64,000 nucleotides of DNA. Source: Mytilus trossulus. Its lineage: Eukaryota. The stretch is taken from contig NC_086374.1 of the NCBI RefSeq assembly GCF_036588685.1, positions 103,044,001 to 103,108,000 on the forward strand, written 5' to 3'. The position numbers and the translations under genes were made by a program. Positions 54,277-64,000 of the stretch are shown here, one piece after another (position 1 is the stretch's first letter; the number at the start of each line of letters is the position of its first letter). Under the pieces are notes generated by a model, which searched no databases, had not been told where the DNA came from, and saw only the letters and a program-made list of their open reading frames with translations.

Positions 54277-57200
54277 GTAGGTATTAAATTCTATTGAAAA
54301 AAAAATAAAAATCTTGCATTCAATCTGTTTTTAAATACAGTGTCATGAATATAACAGACATTTTTCCTGAACAGACGTTTTCTAATAGCAAGTATTAAGT
54401 TTGTGTTGATGGCCTTTGGCGACGAAAACTAAGAATTCTTGCACACAAAAGCCATGAGATCTTTTAATCTTATAATTCGGTGCTATATTATTTGATAACT
54501 TAGTTGTACGGTTGCTATACATATAATATCGTTGCTAATCAATTGTCGACAATTGTGATGATACAAATGAAATAACAAAAATTAATCATGTATATCTTAA
54601 ATAATTTTGTTTATTTGTACACTTTTATTGTCTCCTTCATTTTACCATGACCATTTGATTCAAACATCATTAAATTTAATAGTATCGTGTTATATGTTAC
54701 ATATTTTGAATGATTTTTTTTGGGATTCTATTATAAGTCGTTTGTTCCCTTCTTTTAAAAGTTATTAGTGATTTTTTTTAGTAAGTGATCGGGTTTTTTT
54801 ATGCTAAATTCTTATCAGGGGCTTTCGTATAATTGTTAATACTTATATATGTGTATTGATATATATGTTGTAAAGATCTAAGGGTAATGTTAATATTATA
54901 TAATGAAGGTTATAAATACTGTCTTATAATGATCATAATACCTCTTAGTCTGGATATTAAGATAAAACGGATAGACATATCTGAAATTATTATGTACTAA
55001 TTTTAACATCTTAATTAGGCATTTAATATTTTAGTCAAAGTTTGACAAAAATGTAACATATAGACATACAAAATAAGGAGGTACAAAACTTGGCTTGAGA
55101 AGAACAAACAAAATTGTCTACAATAACATAAATATATGGACGTAAGTTCTCAGTTTAATTTTAAAGTATGAAAATATTTGTGACCCTCTTCCCCCGACTT
55201 GTTTCTTTATTATTATTAGGATGACTCCATACATTTGGGAACTTCTTAGGAAGAAAGATAAGAATTTAGCAATATCCTTTAACTTTACATTCCGCTATAT
55301 AGATGATGTTCTCTCATTAAATAATTCAAAATTTAATGACTATGTTGAACGCATCCATCCCATCGAACTAGATATAAAGGATACAACAGATACAGTTAAG
55401 TATGTTTTATATCTTGACTTGCATATAGAAACTGACAATGAAGGTCGGTTGAAAACAAAATTTTACGGCAAAAGAGATGATTTCAGCTTTCCAATTGTGA
55501 ACTTTCCATTCCTATGTGGCAACATTCAAGCAGCGCCTGTATACGGAGTATATATATCCCAATTGATACGTTATTCAAGGGCTTGAATTTCTTATCATGA
55601 TTCCGTGATAGAGGGTTGCTGCTTAAAAGGAAGCTATTAAACCAACAGTTCCAAATGGTGAAGTTGAAATCATCCAATTGTAAATCTTATGTGAGCCATC
55701 ACGAGTTAGTTGACCGTTATTGAATAACCGTTTAACAGATATGATGCGTAACTATAATCCACATCCCTTTTCACAACGAATGTGACTTACCTAATAAGAC
55801 TATTTTTCTCGGTTTTTTTTTATAACATGAGCAACACGAGCTGGATCTGCCTACTCTTATGGAGCATCTGAGATCACCCCCAGTTTTCGGTGGGGTTCGT
55901 GTTGCTCAGTCCTTTGTTTTCTATGTTTTGTCATTTGTACTATTATTTGTCTCTTTGTCTTTTAATTTGTTTAGCCATGGCGTTGTCAGTTTTATTTTCG
56001 GTCTAAGAGTTTGACTCTTCCTCCAGTACCTTCGCCTCTCTATTATAGATTTACAAGTACTAATATAAGAATTAGTTATAGAAAGAATAAAAGTGAAAAT
56101 ATGAGTAGCAACAAATGAAAGCATGGCTGAAATTGAAAGTAAACAATACTGAAGTTTTTTTTTTTTTTTTTTTTTTGTTTTTTTTTTTTTTTTTGTTTTT
56201 TGTTTTTTTTGTTTTTTTTTTTATCTTTTATGGATATGAGGTTAGTTATGAACGAATAAGATATATCCTTATCATAATTAATAGTAGTGAAGGAGTGATC
56301 CGAATAAGATTTGGTCAGATGAATGGGTAATATGAATTAATATACTTGGGGTACGTTTCAATTTTATGAGACAATTGTGACAGAAGAAAACGCTTAATTT
56401 ATACGTGTTCTTCTTTTTAGTGCCTACTAAATTATTCAGCCAAGAGTATCATAAAGTGTCAATAAATATTTCGGAGAGCGGTCCAATAGGCCAGCAAGGT
56501 AAGTTATTTTTGTATAATTTACAGTCACTTGTGCTGTTTTATAAGAGATTGAACACATCTCTAGGCAGATATTATCAGTTGGATTGAACAAGTTCACGTG
56601 ATCCATATGGCGATGTGTATGATTTAACAGGCAGTTGAACTATTGTTTAATAAATGATTTCTTAAAAAAAAATATGTGTTGTGCATAACTCATGTCGGAA
56701 AGTATATCATCGTGACATTTTGTACTGGTTACTGGCTGGCCGTTGTTGAGGTTGTTTTTATTCAAATTTCACAATTACCTTGAATTATCTTTTTTAGTTT
56801 TAAGAGAAAAGTTTACAGAGGTTGTTGGTTTTCACAAAATTTCCCCTACAGCTGAAATGATGGGATCCGATTTAGACAGTTTTTCACTAACCACTGCAAA
56901 TACAGAGAATGTCGTGATAACCAGGAGCAACGCGCGACTTTCTAAATCAAAATACGACATTTTTGTAGTTGTGTCGGTTACTGTTGACGGTATTGTGATA
57001 CGTGATTTTATTCATGTTGCAATCACCATTACTAGAACAAATATCATTGAGAAAATGCTATATTTAATTAACGGGACTCTGAAAGACAGTGTTGTCGGTC
57101 AAGTTTGTCAGTCGTGTTTATCCGGGGGTACCGTAACAACTATATCACCAGATGTTTTAGTGTCTGTTGAAAATGATGGTAGCATAAAGACAACAACAAA

Positions 57201-60200
57201 TATCAATCTTGATACCATAGGAGGACCACAAACAATAGCATATTCATCATACATCCAAGTTAAACAAAATGGCAATTTAGTTGCTAATATAACAATTCTT
57301 ATTGTACGTTCTCAATACACTCATACATTAACAGAGGACAGTGGAAGATATACCTTTGTGGGTTTCTTTAAACTGTCTATTCCGCATACAATTCATACGA
57401 CAGAATTAGCTTTGAATGGCAGCTCGTTAATGCTTGGATCAGTGTCACTTGACTATCATACAGAAAAGGAGGTACATAAACCGATTACGTTAACAGTTAG
57501 TGGTGCTGCTTTTAAAATACAGATTATCATTAAGGTTCTAGATGTAAACAACAAAGCTCCTGTGTTTTTAGGAGCACCGTATCGTTTTGTTACTGTACAA
57601 TCTGCTTATACAGATTTGACATTGGGTGTTGTTACTGCTTTTGATCTCGACACAGATGCACATTTAACGTATGCAATAACTCCAAGTGATAAATTATCGA
57701 TAGATAAAAATGGAGTTATTACAACTCGTAGTCAATTTGATCCTAGTTCCATTATTTATTATGCAAATGTTACCATTAGAGATGGAATATACACCAACAG
57801 TGAGGAAATCACTGTTGATATTCGTAAAGCTGCCAACTTAGAGCTAAACAAGACATTCAATGGAACAATCCTTGAAAATGAAGAATCTACAGTAATTGTA
57901 ACTGTTTATGAACCCGAATATGAAAACTATCGATTTGCCGACCAATCAACTAAAAATGATTTTACTATCGACTCTAAAACGGTAAGTGATCGGCATGTAA
58001 TTAAATCAGCTGGTTTGTAAAGAATAAATAGATGTTGCATTTTCTACAGAATTTATTTCACAAACGAGTCATTTTCCAATGTTTATTTTAATAATGTACT
58101 AAAAATATAACTGAAAAATATCCACTTCTACAATGCTGTATATCATTTCCTTGCACAAATAAGGTGACTTGTAAACACTAAACAAACTATTATAACTGTC
58201 TCATTTGTTTCTAAACTTCAGGTTTGAGTTTTGATAGAATTTGTTAAATTGAAACAATAACAACAATACGCTTTATTTCAAGAGGATTACACAGTTAGCT
58301 ATATAACTAATCCTTCCTTAGGCCCTGATCTTGAAAATTAAACAAAATGGTTTTATAAATACGTTCGGAGTCATAGCATCTAAAGGGGCGTAATATAACA
58401 ACAAAATTAGGTGAAATTTGCCTTGTTTGAGACAGAATGTCTCATCAAAAACTTTAAGTAACAAATCATGTCAGTATCTAAAGCTGATTACTGAGCATGA
58501 ATCCACCAGGAACAAAAAGACCATCAGCATGATGATTTACTTAATGCTAGAAAATTAATATAAAGCTTCAAAATTTCAGGCGTCGTAAGTACTTTTTTAA
58601 TTGACATACAACGAACAGGCTCAGCATTTAACATTTCAAAGCCTAAAATTAATTCAGAAATTAATCTAGCAATTGCCTTCCACTGAAAAAAATATTAATT
58701 TAGGTATTTGATTTTCTTCAATGCAAAATACAATAGTTACATTTCTGCTGATTATTGGATTTGTTAAACACATAATACCTAATAAAATCGAATATGGCGA
58801 TTCTAAGTACGTATTTATCCAATACACAAACAATTCTTCTGCAAATGGGAAATAAATTTTATGATGAGACTTCAAGAAACCTGTTAGTACAGTAGTTTCT
58901 TTATTTCTTTTTTTAATCTTAAGTAACAGCACTTCCAACAGCAGCCGCTGATAACTTAGCGTATTTTAATCCTGCTTACCCACATGCGTAGTGTTTTTGC
59001 TGCTTTTTCAAGTTTGCGTTAATCCTTTTTTGTGTTTTAAATGTGCAGGATTTAATTTTTGTGTTTTACTATTATGTCACATGGTCTTGATGGAAAAAAG
59101 GTATGCATTTTGTGCGTTTTATTTTTGGCTTGACTATATCTTTGACTAGTTTGATAATAATAGTCCTCACTTTTGCATACTTAGGCAAATAGAATATGAT
59201 AAAACTAAACCTCTTGTTTCAATTGTTTTACATTGATCTATCGGGGCCTAATATAGCTGACTATGCGGTATGGGCTTTGCTCATTGTTGAAGGCCCTACG
59301 GTGACCTATAGTTGTTAATATTTGTGTCATTTTGGTCTTTTGTGGATAGTTGTCTCATTGGCAATCATACATCTTCTTTTTTATACTCGCTAAATTTTCG
59401 GCTGTACAACGTCATGGTTTCTGTACCATAGGTTGTTCGTTGTTGGCAGTCTTTGTAAGTAGATGATCTTCGATAGATTCGAATTTTCTGGTGTGTATAA
59501 CATTAATATCTTTCGGTAATAAGTTATATATGAATCTTTGTAGAGCCTTTAAAACAAAATACAACTTTATTTTATAGAATGTTAATCTTCTTTGTTTTAC
59601 ATTTGTAGGGAGAAATAAGAAACAAAAGAGCATTTGACAGGGAGAAGGAGCAGGAATTCAAACTTACAATATTAGCTAGCAAAGAAAATGAAGCAGAGTG
59701 TTCTCTAGCGGTAAGGTATTCCAGTCGTCATCGTTTCGGTCGTATATCATGGCATGACTTTGTCATTGTCGCCCATGTCACTAATCAGTTTGTTTCAAGA
59801 ATATGTGTCTTCATCCTTATGAAATTATACCTTAAAAATCTATATCACCGAAGGAATCTTTGGATTGTTTTAATGATTTATTGTTCAAACCGTTAGAGGA
59901 TTTGGAGCCAAAAAGTGGTAAAAAACAAGCATTTTTCATGATTTGCGACGCGTAAGTATATTGATATTTGAAAATGTCCCACAAGGGGTTCCAAATCGTT
60001 TAAAATCTGGGTCCAAAATTTAAATAGTATTTAGATTTGGGTTTTAGCCCTGATATCAAATAGACCCACATTGAGATGCAAAAGATATATAATCAAATTT
60101 TTTTTTTTTAATTCATCCACAATTAAATTCCTGAGGTTCTTTCATAAGCTGAATCTAACCATAATTATATTAAAATTTTGATGTTGGCCCATGACTTGTA

Positions 60201-63072
60201 AATGTCCAATTCAAATTTTCAAGTTCTTATACCATATTCATTCTGTCTGAAACCAATGCTGTGTCAAATATGTATTGTCGATTATCGTTCAGACCTGTAA
60301 TACACTTAAATGTTGTTTTCATACTTGCCTTGAATGTTCGGTCTCTGTAGTCGTATTGAGCTGCGCTCATTTTAAAGTAAATTTCGTTTTCTTGCTTATT
60401 CTTTCTCCTTTCAGACGATGAAACCTTTTTAAACAAAACAAAAACAATAAGTAAAGGTGTTATATTTTCTTGGCGTTACCTTCGTACTGCATATGAATGA
60501 TTCATTGATTAACATTAAGGAAAAGATATTTTATTTATTTTTACATAAATCAAATCGATTCCTAATCGGAGGCAGACTGTTTACTACTCTAAAGAAGTCG
60601 TTCTTACTGGGCGGCAACAAGTCATTGAATATATCTTATTTAAAGAGTAATGAAAAGTAAAATCACAAAAATACTGAACTCAGAGGAAAATCAATTTGGA
60701 AAGTCCATAATCACATGGCAAAATCAAAAAACAAAACGCATCAAAAACGAATGGACAAGAACTGTCATATTCCTGACTTGGTACAGGCATTTTCAAATGT
60801 AGAAAATGGTGGATTAAACCTGGTTCTATAGCGCTAACCCTCTCACTTTAATAATAGTCTCATCAAATTCCGTTACATTTACATGATGCGTTAAATAAAC
60901 AGTCACAATCAATAAAATAGTCAAAATATGGGAACATCAGTCATCATCGTATAACAATTTAACAGGACACAACAACATCTACTATCTACGAACACATGGA
61001 TTGATTTGAGTGTCTGATGTCAGAAAAATTATATACGTCACATAAATTTGTCGTTCAATGTGCATACAATAGTTATCCAAAGTACCTGGATTATAAACAA
61101 TTTTAAATTTTACATAGGCAATGAGCGCAGACAGGGTTAAAAAATCAAAAGTATGTAAGAATAAATTACAGAAATCAAACTAGTCCAAAAGTTATACATA
61201 GAATTTATGAGAATCCAAAACTTTTAAAAGGAACAATTTAACAGGACACAAAAACCTATCCACGATATAATATTGTACTATAACAAGTGATCGTCCATTT
61301 GGTTATTCGAATTCATAGTTGTTAGCTTTTTTACCATATTTATATACGTAACTTTTTTCAATACAGTTGAATGTAATTGAAAACAAAATTGTACTTGATT
61401 TAAATTATGATTCTTATAAAAATAGATTTGACTGTTATAAAATTATTCCCAGTTAAACGATGTGAGATCAGAATAATGAAAACTCATAATATGTGTTATC
61501 GTTTGAGTTAAACAGTATTCGTTTACTGTAATTAAATTATGAAATTATTGCGAATTTTATTTTGCTGCAAATATTACGACTGGATGATGCATTTTGATAA
61601 CTGATACATATACCTGGATGCAGCTTTTCCAGAATTCGAAATTAGTAACATCGCATTTTTGTCCGTTCTTGAAAATCGCAATCAAAAATATGCTCAATAA
61701 TTTCTGCGTTTGCAATTTTGTACTATCGTTATTGATTTAAACGTTCTACTCTACACTGGTCGTAGTTTCAATAGCTGTAAGACTCCGATTCAAAATACGA
61801 GTTCGAATAAAAATCATACAGGCAAGCTTTATGACAAAATCATCAACTAATTTGTTTATTTTAATGAAGGGTTGAAGAAAGTTTTTATTTCTTCCATTAA
61901 TCCTATTTAATAGATCTTTTTAAAATTCAAATACTTTCACAACACTCTTTTGCTCGTGTTATCGGAAAACATTGTCAAAATAAATGGTCCTGGAGATGGC
62001 ATGTCAGTTAACTGCTAGTAGTCTGTTGTTATTTATGTATTATTGTCATTTTGTTTATTTTCTTTGGTTACATCTTCTGACATCAGACTCGGACTTCTCT
62101 TGAACTGAATTTTAATGGGCATATTGTTATGCGTTTACTTTTCTACATTGACTAGAGGTATAGGGGAGGGTTGAGATCTTACAAACATGTTTAACCCCGC
62201 CACATTTTTGCGCCTGTCCCAAGTCAGGAGCCTCTGGTCTTTGTTAGTCTTGCATTTTTTTTATTTTAGTTTCTTGTGTACAATTAGGAAACTAGTATGG
62301 CGTTCATTATCACTGAACTAGTATATATTTGTTTAGGGGCCAGCTGAAGGACGCCTCGGGTGCGGGAATTTTTTGCTACATTGAAGACCTGTTGGTGACC
62401 TTCTGCTGTTTTTTTCTACGGTCGGGTTGTTGTCTTATTGACACATTCCCCATTTCCATTCTCAATTTTACTTATCTTACTGATGAATCATTGAAATAAT
62501 ACTATTTTATTTTTTATTTTGAAGAAGTTTTTTCCCCAATGTGTAGTCTTGAGGAACAAAAAAAGTATTATCAATTGAATGATTGTAAATTGTTTCAAAC
62601 TGTTTTGAATTATAAAAAACACTATTGTATAGCCTTGATTTGTGCGTGTTAAGCATACCCTGGTTTGCAATTATTTGATGAAGAAAGCAATAAATTAATT
62701 ATTAATTTCTAGAATGATTCTGAATAGCCATTTAGCGATAACCTTCTTAGTAATTCCAATCATTATCTCTTTCTTATAAACTTGTGATTATTTGTCCGAA
62801 TGTAGAATTGTACAAAAAAAAAACGACGCTTCTTTGATTTTAAACATCTCAGCTATTCAGTTAAGCATTTATTTAGCAATTGAAAGAGTGTTCATGTTAG
62901 CTTTTATTCACACAATTTTACAACTAGAGCCCTTTAGATGTACCATTTTAATTTACAGGTTATTGGCATAGTGACTATTTTAGTAACAGATGTAAACGAT
63001 GAACCTCCTATATTTGTTGGTGCTCCTTACAACGCTACAATTGAAGAAGAGGATAAGGATAAAGAAATATTG
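53974..63072 (+). CDS. Cadherin gene 2 (3'-partial), tandem paralogue of gene 1: mucin-like Thr-rich segment + EB/EGF-like module + EC repeats
   Basis: join(53974-54276,56421-56498,56798-57981,59609-59710,62959-63072), phases consistent. The last three exons match gene 1 exons a-c in boundary and sequence (e.g. KYDIFVVVSVTVDGIVIRDF vs KYEIFVVVSVTADGIVIRDF). Confidence 0.87.
55179..56041 (+). mobile_element. 5'-truncated Penelope-like retroelement (family C), decayed
   Basis: FRYIDD...YGVYISQLIRYSRA, with stops and frameshifts; same 3' UTR as 4182-4460. Confidence 0.85.
56421..56498 (+). CDS. Gene 2 exon (PTKLFSQEYHKVSINISESGPIGQQ)
   Basis: Start of EC1 (F...ISE..PIG); phase 1-1. Confidence 0.82.
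56798..57981 (+). CDS. Gene 2 large exon (paralogue of 1975-3167)
   Basis: 425-aa ORF with LDVNNKAPVF and AFDLD; ACG|gtaag donor. Confidence 0.9.
59609..59710 (+). CDS. Gene 2 exon (GEIRNKRAFDREK...CSLA)
   Basis: Paralogue of 3901-4008. Confidence 0.87.
60656..61260 (-). mobile_element. Repeat family E (twister-bearing); short 3'-end fragments at ~12590-12680 - and 22605-22662 +
   Basis: Shared end ...gttcagtatttttgtgattttactt. Confidence 0.65.
60758..60860 (-). ncRNA. Predicted twister ribozyme (family E)
   Basis: GAGAGGG...UAA-UCC-AC-CAUUUUC/GAAAAUG-CCUG-UACCAAGU-CAGG-A. Confidence 0.65.
62150..62239 (+). ncRNA. Predicted twister ribozyme (family D)
   Basis: Same fold; compensatory change in P5 (GACUAGAGG/CCUCUGGUC). 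Confidence 0.78.
62959..63072 (+). CDS. Gene 2 exon (VIGIVTILVTDVNDEPPIF...)
   Basis: Paralogue of 5657-5770. Confidence 0.87.
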
Positions 63073-64000
63073 GTAAGATAACTTTGAAAGACCCATATCT
63101 AAAGTGAGAGTAAAAATAAAAGCTAGGACTTTGGATGATATTTCGCCATTTATTTCCTCTGTTAATTATTTGAATTTATATACATTCTTGTTAATTTTAC
63201 CCTCGTGCAATAGCAGTCCACAAACTGTTCTATTAACCAATTGCTATAACATATTACGTTATTAGTTTTGTGTAGTCTTTTCGTGATTTATTAAAATATA
63301 GAGCACTTTCAACCCAAAATTAAATTGAAAGACAAGACAGTATTACTTCGGAAGAATGCGAGAAGCAAAGAGTTAAAAATATTCTTATTGAAAACAAACA
63401 TACTTTGTTAAAAAAAGAAAGGATTTATTCTACAGAGTCATATAATATCTAAAGATATAAACGGTACTGTATCGTTATACTTGAAACAAGAAATATATTT
63501 TAGTAAAGTGTTATTGCATTCTATTAAAACTATGTAAAAGAAACTTGTATTTTAATTGTAGATTCATTTGCATACATATTTTGTTAAAGGAATACATTTA
63601 AATAGAATCTGTAAATTTTGGGCTTGATGTTTCGTATAAGAATAGTAAAGCAACAGTCTATGTTGCCCTCAATTGTCTTGTGGTTATTGTTACCGTCTCA
63701 AAAATCCCGCCACATTATTTATGTATGTGCCTGTCCCAAGTCAGGAGCCTGTAATTCAGTGGTTGTTGTTTGTTTGTGTGTTACATATTTTTTTTTCTTT
63801 CATTTTTTATACATACATTATGCCGTTTGTTTTCTCGTTTGAATTGTGTTACATTGTCTTATCGGGGCCTTTTATAGCTGACTATGCGGTATGGGCTTAG
63901 CTCATTGTTGAAGGCCGTACTGTGACCTATAGTTGTTAATGTGTTTGTAATTTTGTCTTTTGTGGATAGTTGTCTCATAGGCAATCATACCACATCTTCT

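Noticed and set aside
55584-55586. TGA at a Cys position of the PLE RT as selenocysteine
   Set aside because: The other copy has TGC; this copy is frameshifted just downstream and I see no SECIS, so simple decay is more likely
56155-56222. Phe-rich membrane ORF 56115-56330
   Set aside because: Translation of an intronic poly-T tract
347-63900. Most short ORFs in the track (e.g. 347-598, 4070-4462, 10935-11192, 27488-27739, 41144-41341, 63673-63900)
   Set aside because: They lie in repeats or ribozyme elements, or are antisense shadows of cadherin exons

Overview
AT-rich, intron-rich animal genomic DNA. The repeat families point to a bivalve, probably Mytilus (inference). The window holds two tandem paralogous non-classical cadherin genes on the + strand. 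Gene 1 (1975-37742, 5' end outside the window) can be built by hand from 24 GT-AG exons with fully consistent phases: about 1,790 aa, about 16 cadherin (EC) repeats, one TM helix and a Tyr/Pro-motif cytoplasmic tail. Gene 2 (from about 53.2-54.0 kb to beyond the window end) starts with a Thr-rich mucin-like segment and an EB/EGF-like module before its cadherin repeats. The most striking signal lies in the introns and intergenic DNA, which are full of retroelement fragments carrying predicted ribozymes. (i) Four different repeat families share a covarying, circularly permuted (type-P5) twister ribozyme fold; one of them sits just downstream of a Penelope-like ORF C-terminus. (ii) Two hammerhead 'retrozyme' repeats have 350-nt and 356-nt monomers, and one is fused to a Penelope-like 3' end. 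(iii) Penelope-like RT fragments carry a further conserved, unassigned RNA structure. Also present: TTAA-type foldback MITEs, a HINE/DINE-like element, long palindromes and a 57-bp minisatellite (not CRISPR). All structures and gene models were read by eye; no activity or database search was run.
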